This document shows, piece after piece, positions 23,311 to 35,470 of a stretch of DNA of 64,000 nucleotides. The stretch lies in NCBI RefSeq assembly GCF_964355755.1, contig NC_092678.1:23887365-23951364 (forward strand), in the 5' to 3' direction. A program made the position numbers and the translations under genes. How positions within the stretch are numbered: the stretch's first letter is position 1; each line of letters opens with the position of its first letter. The notes beneath the pieces were generated by a model. That model made no database searches. It saw only the letters and a list, made by a program, of their open reading frames with translations, and was not told the origin of the DNA. Source of the DNA: Antedon mediterranea. Taxonomy: Eukaryota > Animalia > Echinodermata.

Positions 23311-24260
23311 AGAATATGTGACTTTGGTCGTTCATGTAATTAAACTGGTTTTTTTATTTTGTAATTTAGTATCTAATGTACTTTGATTTAGTTTATCTGT
23401 AGTTTGTAAACATTAAATATTTATTGATTATCAATCATAACAAATATAAACATCCCCACTTTTTGTGGGGAGTATAAAGGAGAAAGCTGTCTAACCTTTC
23501 TAATGATAAAATAATTATTTCACATTGATACAAAGTACTTAACTTTCAGCAGATCTTTCGGAAGTTTAGGATATCTAGTGACGATGCCCTTAAGCGGTCA
23601 GATACAGTACTTGATGTTACGCCTGGGCCAAGTTGAGTGCGGCCAAACGATTCCAATAAGTATTTCAAGTATAAAACTAGTAGAGATTTTATTCACGTGA
23701 CTTTGTAGATTACCCTGATTGGCTCTTTCTGTGCGATATAAGATAGTATTTGTACTTTACTCTGGATACTAGATAATCATTGTGTCTGATTGTTACCATA
23801 GAAATCTCCATACGTACACGGTCTAAAGTGTTTACATTGACAAAGTATCACAATTAACACATACAAAATTGGAAATGCAATATTTGTTAGTTTTATAGTT
23901 TTTATTAAATGTAATTTTCCAAGCATTATCCTTATAAAATCCAGCTTTCAATGACGGTATATACAACAAATTAAATTTGTCAAACAATTTTTGGAGAAAA
24001 TTAATAGAAACGGAGAACTGGGGCAAACTTATATAAACCTGGTTTCCCACTAGGTGTGTATTGTGTAGGATAACAACAGAAGGCTCATTCATATACGTAA
24101 TCCCACTGACTTACATCAATCCCCAAAGTATCGTGTGGAATTTGATAAATATAGCATTGCAATGGTGCGCGCAGACGCGGTCGAGCTAATGTAAACCAGG
24201 CTATTAAATTGATACCTTATAACATTAAAATTTACCATACATTGCTATTTGATATTTTTC

Positions 24261-27200
24261 TCATATACAATGTAAAAGCCAGCCTCCACCATAATCAAAC
24301 TTACCTTTTTCTTTGTTTCGGATAAATAAGCTAAACTTATAATAACCTATGCTGCTTAATGTAAACGTTATAACTATCTTTTTATGATTGTCTTCTGTGG
24401 AATAAGCAATATTAAACCCGTCTTTGATATCTTCCTCTTGGTTGTGGAAATTTAATCTTCCATGAATCTGTCCATGGGCATTAGCTGTAAGAGTCAGTGT
24501 AGTGTTTGTGTCTAAAGAAATGGACATAATGGATGACGTTGGTTGAATAACAGAAAAGCCATAGTCAAAAAATGTCTGTACTGGCCCCCATGGTCGTTTA
24601 CCATTTGATGGAAGAGGTAATGAGTGTGGTTTAATAGCATCAACTAACCAGCTCCCTATGAAATCGCCACTAGCACCAAACAAGTCAATACAACTAAACC
24701 CACTCTCAGATAGGTGAAACTTAAATGTATATAATATTGTCTCATCGTTCTGTTGTACTGAATCAGCCACAACACAATCGTTAATATCAGTGCCTGAGCT
24801 ATTCTTTAAGTTGAATATAATTCCTGTTCTTCGTTTGCTGGTTGAAGCTATGACCAAATCAGGCTTTTCGTCTTTCTGATAAATCGTAGAAGAAGTTGGT
24901 GATATAACATGTAAATTATTAGCAGTCATTTTAGATGTACTAGGCCCCCATGCTACGTTTTTGTTAAAAGTAAACATATTGCCTTCATACGGGTTGACAA
25001 CATTTATCAACCATCGGCCTATAAAATCATTCGTTTTTGTGTCAGGTTTTCCCGCAAATAAATTGAATTCATAAAAGCCAATGGCGTCAACACGAAATCG
25101 AAATTTTAATCTAACGGTTTGTCCTTGTCGATGTGTTTCAGCGTAAACCAACTTGTTCTCGGTTTTATTCTCCTTAGTTTTCATAGAATACAGAACATTT
25201 ACCTCCTCTTTATTATAACTTATTTCAAACAAAGTTTCATTTTTATTGCATACTATTTCAGAACCTTTTGTGGTGTTTAATAATATTTCAAAAGCGTCAA
25301 ACTTTTCATTTGGTCCCCAGTGTTGGAATGGCAGGTAGGGCGGTAACGGTGTAGCGTTCTTATTCAGTATCAGATAAGTAGCACCGGTTTCATATCGGTC
25401 CGTAGACACGTGTTCTTTACTTAACCTTGCAAACAGTATCAACGAATATTCTCCAATTGTAGGACATCTTACATTGAAAACAATCTTTCCTGGGTAAGAA
25501 TCTGCAAATACATATTCTGTAAGATCATTTCCATTTTCGTCTCTAAAATTGAATCTGATTGGCTCACATCCTGGTCTATCAATTGTAAATTTAGTATATC
25601 CATCTAATGTTTCAATAATAGAATGTGTTACAGTTGATTTAAATCCTCCTTCGGTAAAAGCTGGAACTGTTCCCAGGAAATGTGTAAACTCTGGAAATAG
25701 TTGAGATCCTGTGACACAAGTCGCGTGTACTATAAAACTCACCAGCATATCTCTACTCTCTGCTTTCGAACGGTCCGACAGACAAACAGGCTCACCAAAT
25801 AATACGACCCTATATAATCCAGCACGTGGTAGACGTAGCAACAATGTTGCTTTCTTTTCATTTTCAATCAATGCTATCGAGTTTTGAACATGCTGTTCTG
25901 TTGCTTCATCTATTAATGTATGCCTGTATGTCATCTTGTGTGTGCTCTGAAAAGTCAACTTAACTCTAACCTATTTTCATTGGCTTTTATGCAGCCTTCA
26001 GCTAACGATGGTTTCACACACAACACCTATAACAATATAATAATACAATATTAGTACAATATATCAAAAAGTAAATTACTAAAAAAATGACAATGCTGTG
26101 GCTATCTATCGATCTCCATGGAGATGCAAAAAACTAAATGAAAACAATTTAAAAAAAAAAAAAAGCCAAAAAGGAATTTTCAGGTAACACTGACCTTTCA
26201 TAAATGCAACATATATCAATACAATGCATGGACATGCAGACAGAAAGATCTAAAACGTTGCAAATAAGTAAAGTACCTTATACAAACAACATGACGGTTT
26301 CACTAGCGCTTGGTTCGTCCATTTATGAACATCACTTATTGGATCATCAACCATTGCAAGTGCACTGTCGTCTGGTTTGTGAGAATGACGTAACGTTTCT
26401 GGTGGTGTCAGAAAGTAGTCTTCATTCCATTGGAAAACATATCTATATTTGTCATTAATTTTCTCTGCAATAAAACACAAACGGTAACAAGATTAGTGCT
26501 TGCAGTTGACCCGATACACGTACGGTATCATGTCTAATGACAACAATTATAAACAGTCAGCAGTTTGTTTATAGACGCAACTTTGTCCCACATGGGCGCT
26601 ACTGTATAGTATAGCATATCCTGACACTTTTAGTGTATCATCAACAATTCGCTGACCAAATGTAGAAATAATTATAAGTTACATTTGATAAATTATATTA
26701 AATTGCCGTGGCTCAGGTAAGGGGGTATAACAACTCACACAGTTCTGGATCTGCAAACAACCCAGCATCTAAAACGTCCATCACTTGGTAGACGTCACCA
26801 GCTAAAGTGACGAAAACATCGGTCAAAGGAAGTTGTTAGTGTAAAATCTTTATTTGATCTAACCTTTTTTTCGAAAAAAAAAGACGGATAGCACCTACCT
26901 GCATATCCAGCTGCCCACGTAGCATCACATAGAAACCAAGTGTTTGATATCCTGATGCGATTCCACGCATGTCTAAATTTCTTCGATTTTTCTCCATTCA
27001 CGAGGTCATTTCCAATCCTGTATCCAGCTCCCTTTGCTATTCCGGTAATTTTCTCACATGTTAAATCACACAAGCTAAAGATTAGAAATAAATATTCCAT
27101 TTATTAGAAAAGTAAGCTAAGTAGGCCAGCTACATTGTAAGTTAATTAGGCCTCCCACATAAGAAAACAACACATAAAGTCTGCATGTTTAACTCACCGA

Positions 27201-28127
27201 CACATTTCCAAGACAAGATTTGAAAATCCATCGCAGACAGCAGAACCTTGGTTCAAGACGTCTTGATGATGTGATGATCCTCTGTGCTGATTGGTTGTCA
27301 GGAAGTCGACGTCATAGGCTATATTGGTAGCCACCCATCTTATTATAACGCGTGCTTTATCATACTCGCTTGATGTGGACTCCACCAAGTAGTCCACTAA
27401 ATTTTTAATGTTCTTTTTCAGTGATTTTGGAGCCTAAAGAATGATGTAAAATATTATTTTTTAGTGAACACCAAAAACTGATTTATATTAGACGTATTTA
27501 AGATGATTGGCGGAGAACGATTTGATCTGATTTGAATATTTTATAAGCGACAATACGACAGCACCGAGAAAAAAAAAATGATTTTAGTGCATTAGATTTA
27601 TAATCACAAATATTTTAGTTTTATTAGATAAGTTGAGATTGTATGTAGCAAAGGTATAATGTGAAACGAATCTATAAACCAATTCTTCACTCGAACTCAA
27701 TAGAAATACTTTATAAATCATGATATTTTATTTTACTTTACAAAAATGATTTCACGGTTTAAATATCAGTTACCTTGTCCACATGCTGATCAAGACGTTC
27801 CACTGCCTCAAAGCCAGGATAGATAGCTTTATGTTCGGGTGAAAAGAATCGATCCAGGTCATACTTGGTCACAATTTGAGGTTCAGGTCTTGGAAATGCT
27901 TTGCAGGCATCGCTATATCGTGTCAACTGACGCCCATCATTGCGCGCATCCCCCGTGACGTCAGCATCTTCAGAATGAGTAGCCTTATTTACTTGTTCAA
28001 TTTGTAAAGTTTTATTTTCTTTTGGATATTCGGTGTTTTCACCTGCCTTGTTATTTTCTTTAATATCTGGAGGTGGTATTTCTGATGTCAGCACCCTCGT
28101 ACTTTTGGAAGACCCACAACACCCCAT
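24261..28127 (-). CDS. Kyphoscoliosis peptidase / hillarin / LTD-1-like transglutaminase-fold protein, with an apparent frameshift in the last exon
   Basis: Phase-compatible GT-AG exons 28127-27774, 27433-27198, 27074-26899, 26464-26277 and 26026-24261. Catalytic triad AVCDGFS / HAWN / CDATW, motif NEDYFLTPP, about four C-terminal beta-rich repeats, N-terminal MGCCGSSK. Confidence 0.82.
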
Positions 28128-29156
28128 CGGGTGACCGTTTCTTGTCTATTACAACCTAAAAGACAATTAACATTCATTAAAATCAGTTTCGAAAGTACTG
28201 TGTTTCTTTTAGTTACAACATTTTTTTTTGTTGAGGGGTACACTTTTCCGACCTTTAACTTGCACGCGCACATACTATAGACCTATTATGTAACTGAGAG
28301 TAGTATACAAAGTATACCCTTTCCCATGATTGTATCACGAGTTGGGCCAATTTAACTGCATTACATTATCAGGACGTTTCATTTTGGCATAGCATATAAG
28401 CCATACAATGTGTTTTGATTTGATTTTATGAAGCCTTAGCATAACAATTTGATGAACAATTTAATTTCTCATTTAAGTACAAACAGTGAAATCTCTGCCC
28501 AGTCTGTCTCTACTGCTTGTGGGTATTTTGATAGGTCGACAGTATTAATAGTTATTGTTATGATACCTTCATTGTGCTATTTTGACACCTGCTGCGCTTT
28601 TGTCTAATGACAGGGTAAAATCAGAACAACATGAGTGTGATCATAGGCCTAAATCTCACCATATCGAATAATATTAATATATTAGCCTATAATAATCCAA
28701 AATTTACTGGCCTGAACTGTCTATCCATTCAAGAATAAGTAAACATTTATCTGTGTGTAATCAGTAAAAGTACATATTGCGTGTGTATTACACCTGGGTA
28801 AATAACACTAACGAGAAGTTCAATAAGAAATACGGGTTTACACCGGTATTTTATCTGCCTAGGCCTATTGAATAAAAAAGTAAATATTTAATCTATCTAA
28901 ATTTATATCCATATATACATCCATAGAGATTTCTTATAAACTCACCTGATAGTAGTACAGTAAAATGCAACATTTAACGGGAAGTACAATAATAAATACC
29001 TCCTTAATCTAACATATACAAATTGTTCCCATAGAAACGATAAACAATACACTTCGCGGATCAATGCGTCTATCGATTCTATCTCTTGATGTATTATTAC
29101 GTAAATGTGACCTCTGATATTACTGTCAATACAGCTTGATACGAAACAAATGATGG

Positions 29157-31507
29157 CAGGCCCGTAGCCAGGGGGGGTTTTTATGGTTCGACCCCCCACC
29201 CCCTTAACCGACTGCGAACCCCTATCCCCGACATCCACAATACCTCACCACACCCTCATCTCTGAAAATCCTCCAAATACGTGCCCCACAATACAAAAGG
29301 TTGTTTGTAAATTGAAAAATTCGTAAACTCGTTCGTGAATAACTCATACCTTATTGTTAAACAAATGAATTGGTTGCCGATTTTCACCTGAAAAATAATA
29401 CGAATTTTTGGTCCCAGGATGTAACATGATATTGACGCGAGCTTGGGCACGAACGAATCGTACAAAGAACACCGCTAGACAACCGCGTACCTATTGTTTC
29501 GATCACTGGCAGTCAGCATGCATAAAGTATATAGCCTTCCGACGTACATCAAAAAATGGAACGCTGCGGTTACCTACAATATTTATGTGTGGCTATGAAG
29601 TATAGTGTATCATCATCATAGAGGATTATAGTGAATTTAATATATTACACTATAATATCTATGGTATCATGTACTGTAGTTTACATTAGGCCTATGGCAT
29701 TCGATTATTTTTTTCTAGACCACCAGCCGATACCTAGGCCTACTCAACTGTATCAATACCACCTATTTACATTGATATATTTAGTTTCCTCAACAAATTG
29801 CTGTAAATAAATATAGATAGAGCTATCAGGGGCGGTCGCAGGACTATTTTAAGAGGGTTGCCCAAAGACTCCAGGGCTGTAGACACTGAGTATTTGAGCA
29901 AGCAAATTGTTAAATGACACCCCTAGATGGCCGCAAATAGTACTCTCGCACGTAAATTTATGATAATTTTTTTTTCGTTCAATGCAAACGTCACGGGGAA
30001 GTCTCCGATTAAGGTACTTTTGGTACGGTAATACAGTCTAATAACTGTACTCAATTAATGTAAATTAATTATCAATTAATAATTTTAAAAAGTTGTACAA
30101 AAAATATGAAGCAGTTGCTATAACTATATTGAGCAAAAGGTTAAATTGTATAATTTGGAATTTTAATTCATTTAAAAATGCTAAATAAAGTCAGATGTTA
30201 AAACCACATTTTCCAAAAATTCATTTTCATTTATCCACTATAAACTTTACAAAAGTGTTGTTTTAAACCACACTCCAAATAAAACAAAGAAAATAATGAT
30301 AGGAAATTTGCAGAAAGAAGCAAACTTTGCTCTGTTACCGGTATAACACGGTTCAAATTTTGGAACGTCTATAAATTACTACGGAAATTCGGCCTATTTA
30401 CGACGAACGTACGGAAATGAAGATAAATAGGGTACTACACGCATCGGAAATACAACACTATACGCACAATTATGATTTGGCCTAAAAATTGGCCTTAGAT
30501 TATGGAAAACCCCCGGCAAAACGCAATAATTATGGACAAATCGATTATTAGCCTTGGCAATATGCCTAATATTTAAAAGGAATGAATATAGGCTATATTT
30601 CGTTTGTCGATGAATTTTTTAAATCATGTGTGAATGATTGATCCATTAGAGGTAATCTGTGATGGTTCTAATAACACTGCTATGCGTGCGTAATTTGTGA
30701 ATAACGTAGTAGTATGCTACATACACGAGCCTAGATAGGGAGGATCTGTACTGTCGTTCATTGCGAGAGGAGGGGGAAGTCCGGTAATGTGTCATGAAAA
30801 ATGTAACAAGCCAGAGATGAAATAAAATTACTAACATTTAGCTGATTGTCGTTGTTTTAGTCGTCGTCAGAAGTTTATCGACCGACATCTATTTCTCATG
30901 TGTAAAGTAGAGCGTTTCTTTGATTGAATAATTTTTTTTGTATTATAACACAAGTTCATTTTGGATTTTCAGTAAATTACCAATGGTTTATTCAAAGTCA
31001 AACTGTAACTAATCCCTCACTATTCAATCAAAATGTTATTATACTACTATATTGTTGAAAAATGGATTGCGTGACATGAAAATAGATTGATAGTAAAATG
31101 TAATAAAGAGACACGTTCTTGTCTGGTTATTAGGTATGCATGCTCTGATAAAGCAGAGGATTATTTTTGTAGCGTTCCATTTAAAATAGATTTTATTACA
31201 AAGAAATATTTTGGTTGTGAAGGTCGTTTTAACAATTAGGCTAATATCAAAACATTCAACAATGATAAAATGCCCAGCAACTCTGTAACTACTTTATGAC
31301 TAAGCCTATCAAGTTCCGTGTCCGGATGGTATACGATGAAATGGAACTCAATTTCAATTTAGTGGCAGAAACAACATTTAGTATGAAATTAATTAAGGCT
31401 GTTGCCCGGGCCACAAGGGAAACACAGTGACAGTGGGACAGTGACCCAAATACTTAGTGTCCGAACCCCCCCCCCCCCCCCCTTGACAGATCCTGGCTAC
31501 GGCCCTG
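29157..31507 (-). mobile_element. Second hAT-like TIR element (inverted), with different internal content
   Basis: Same TIRs as 9599-11749. Segment 29157-29822 is the reverse complement of 11749-9960 without the Helitron. 5-bp TSD GATGG at 29152-29156 and 31508-31512. Another CAGGGGCGG-type terminus begins at 29827. Confidence 0.8.
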
Positions 31508-32002
31508 GATGGGCAATAATATCTGTACCGATAAGATAAGTCGTATTTGTTTGGTAGAGTTTATGCTCAATGTGAATTTGATGTTAAAAATAGGCCTACT
31601 GTAATAAATGAGAAGCACCAGACTCTATAGCATTTTAAAATAAAATATGGCATGATTACATTTTTCATAAACACTCGATCGGACGTATCCCAAAATAATT
31701 GTAATGTTGTGAGCGATTCTACATTATGGCATATAATTGCGTACTTTCGCCGTGGAAAAATTAAATATATTATTAATTATTATATTATATATTTCGTTTA
31801 CTATTGGTTCCTTTTTTGATTATTATTATTTCAATATACTTGCATTGTCATCAAGTACGAGATAGGCGCATTCAAACGATGATATATCAACAATCTCTGC
31901 ACGCAAACTATGTATATCTAAGTGTATTAATGACGTTAGACTGTAAGAACAAGAATGTACTTATTCACGCATAAAAAACACAAAATCATTAACATCTAAA
32001 AG

Positions 32003-32016
32003 GTTTCTATGGCAAC
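32003..32016. promoter_or_regulatory. RFX X-box motif
   Basis: GTTTCTATGGCAAC fits the 14-bp X-box consensus and lies ~1.3 kb upstream of the TRPV ATG. Confidence 0.65.
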
Positions 32017-32329
32017 GTCAAGCGATCTTTTCAAAGCCGCTATTGTCTTCAGTGGTGTACAACGTCAGTGTGATTGAGATAGTGAAATGTATTTACAAAA
32101 ATAGCTATATTTATACTGTGTGTTATTTTATGGTTATTTTAGGTGTAAGAGAGGACTGCCCAAATCACATAATAACATGTAGATGTATGTTGTGGACCCT
32201 ACGTACGTTAGTACTCATTAGTACAGCTGATAGGCCTACTGTAAGTATAACCACTTTGTATAATGGTAATAAATAGTGCATAGTACTGTATACGTTAATG
32301 AGTTTACTGCAAGTGCGTTAGGAAGTCAC

Positions 32330-32935
32330 TGATGATTGATGGAGGTTAGTATAAGGTTGATAATGATAATGATAATGGTGATAGTGACAACCATAGTGGT
32401 GATGATGATGATTATAACAAGATGATGTTAACAATGATGTTGATATGTGAATATGATGATGGTAATAAGAGGAATATTATGATAAAGATTAATGATGATG
32501 ATAATGATGATGGTGATGGTGACAACCATAGTGGTGATGATGATGATTATAACAAGATGATGATAACAATGATGTTGATATGTGAATATGATGATGGTAA
32601 TAAGAGGAATATTATGATAAAGATTAATGATGATGATAATGATGATGAGGGTGATAATGCTGATCGTAATGATGATGAGGGTAATAATGATGAAGGTGAT
32701 GATGATGATGATGATGGTAATGATGATGAGGGTGATAATGATGATGAGGGTGATGATAATAATGGTAATGATGATGAGGGTGATGATGATAATGATGATA
32801 ATGATTGTAATGATGATGAGGGTGATGATGGTAATGATGATGATGAGGGTAATGATGATGGTAATGATAATGGTGATGATGATGATGGTGATTAATGATG
32901 TTGATGGTGATGATGATATGGTAATGATGACAGCT
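32330..32935. repeat. (GAT/AAT/GGT)n low-complexity tract with a 135-bp tandem duplication
   Basis: Trinucleotide-rich tract. GACAACCATAGTGGT recurs at 32386 and 32521. Confidence 0.95.
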
Positions 32936-33287
32936 TAATGAACAAAGATGCATATTAATTATATTATATAACCAGTACCATTAGTTAAGGATACTGATAA
33001 CAATTTTTTTTTTTAAATCAAATTGTTTCCATACAGGAATGAAGAAACAGGAAAAGATCATTGCTTATGGATGTTATATTGTATCGAAGATCAATATCAT
33101 TGCTGAATCTCTGATGATGAGTCATCACAACAAATAAGATACCAAAGAATAAAAATGAACAAAATTAAAGTATGGTACAAAAACAATACATGTGTGTATT
33201 ACATACACAGAATTAGAAATGCATGACAGGATTACCGCTAAGCTCCAGCTTTACAATATAAAGTGATTATTACATACAGATTTAATC

Positions 33288-35425
33288 ATGGGAAATATAT
33301 GTAATAAAACATTGGAGAAAATTGAGTATCTAGGAATCAGCCAAGAAGATGGGCCTGAGACAGAATGGACAAGACAGAATATGACGTTTAAACAAAACCC
33401 TATGTACCGGCTGGTGTACTTCAGTGGTAAAGGAACGCTAGTGGCAAAAGCCAATAAACATGGAGCGACTGGGAAGAAGATGAAGAAATACATAAAGCAG
33501 AAGATACAGGAGTATCTATACAGAGATGGTGATGGCAAAGAATTGACCAAACTTGAATATGCAAAATATATGTTTGAAAATAATTATTTAGCTGTAAAGA
33601 AGGTAAGATTATTTTTTAAATTCACTTCATTTATTATTTGTGAAACAATTTAATGTAATAATGTTTAATGTAAATGTTCTATTTAAACACATCTCCCTGA
33701 TTAAACATATAACTGTCCTTCAACATTAAAAAGATGCAGTTGGTCACACTTTTGGTGTTTTAATTTTTAATGAATAAATTAATTAGGAATAATTGTTAAT
33801 GTACCAATACACTTTTTCATTCAAAACTATTAAAATCTTCTTATAGGCAGATCCAGGTCCATAAAAAATGTCAATGCAAAAGATAGGACATAAGTTCTTA
33901 TTTCATAATCCTGGATCCGCAACCGCTTCTACTATTATCATCTTATAAATACTATTATTTTTCTATTTTAATAATTAAATGCAAAATCATTGTTATATCT
34001 TTGTAAAACAGGTTAACAAAGTCCAAATGTCATCAGAAGAGTTGATAAGAAATCTGGAACGTCATGAAACAATAGTTAGCTTTGATAAATTTGAGCAACA
34101 TCAAGTTTGCTGGGATCTCAACAGACGAGGTGAAGTTGGAGAAACAATTCTACATTTGTGTTTTCTCAACAACACAGAACATCACAGAGCATTGGCGCAC
34201 ACAATCATGGAATGTTACCCACAAATGGCCCTGGACATTTATGAAGGACCTGAATATTATGGTATTTAATTTAATATTCTTCAATAATAAATAATATTCT
34301 ATAGAATTAAATCTTCTATAGAATAAAATAGTTGATGAATTATTTAATATAGTATGTTCCTCTATATAAATACCATTTAGTACATTATTTCTGCAGTATG
34401 CACGCATATCATCATCATATCATTATCAATATATTTATCAATATCATTAGCATCATCATAATAATTAATATTATCATTGGTATCACAAACCTCAATTTAT
34501 TTTCACTATTACAGGAGAAGGTATGCTGCATATGGCTATTATCAACAATGATATTGAATCAGTCAACTTGCTTATTCACACATACTTCGTTCCCATCAAC
34601 CAACGTGCGACAGGAAGATTCTTCTGCCCAAAAGACCTCAAAGACAAAGCAATGGTGGAGAAGAATCTAAAAACGAGTAAATTTGAAGGGGAGACGTATT
34701 TTGGCGAGTATCCACTTGCATTTGCAGCTAGTGTTGGTAGCACAGAGATTTACGATATTATCCTGAACGCAAGTGTTTCTGGGAAATCCAGCGGAGAAGT
34801 TGATCCAAATGATCAGGATAATTTTGGCAATACTGTTCTTCACATGATTGTTATTCACAACCAAGTGGTAAGCAGGTTATATATCATTGTAGTTAATTAT
34901 TGTATGTGATGAGTTTTTGAATGTGATGGTCATTATATTTATCATTGTTAGTACCATCATCATCTTTATTACCAGTATCATCATCATCATCTTTATTAAC
35001 AGTATCATCATCATCATTAACAGTATCATCATCATCATTAACAGTATCATTATCATCATCTTTATTAACAGTATCATCATCATCATCTTTATTAACAGTA
35101 TCATCATCATCATCATCTTTATTAACAGTTCCATCATCATCATCTTTATTAACAGTATCATTATCATCATCTTTATTAACAGTATCATTATCATCATCAT
35201 CTTTATTAACAGTATCATCATCATAATCTTCATTAACAGTATCATCGTCATCATCATCTTTAGTAACAGTATCATCATCTTTATTAACAGTATCATTATC
35301 ATCATCTTTATTAACAGTATTATCATCATCATCTTTATTAACAGTATCATTATCTTTATTAACAGTACGATCATCTTTAGTAAAGTATGTTCATCATCAT
35401 CATCATCTTTATTAACATTAACATT

Positions 35426-35470
<45 letters not shown>

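Noticed and set aside
25947-25970. 24-nt GT-AG micro-intron fixing the peptidase frameshift
   Set aside because: Too short, and a multiple of three, so it would not restore the frame.
32422-32953. Asp-, His- and Met-rich ORFs
   Set aside because: Artefacts of a GAT-type trinucleotide tract that is open in several frames.
33846-33925. Small MITE (GGCAGATCCAGG...CCTGGATCCGC)
   Set aside because: Short degraded inverted repeat with no clear TSD. Similar scraps at ~1005 and ~35651-35735 are also too weak to call.
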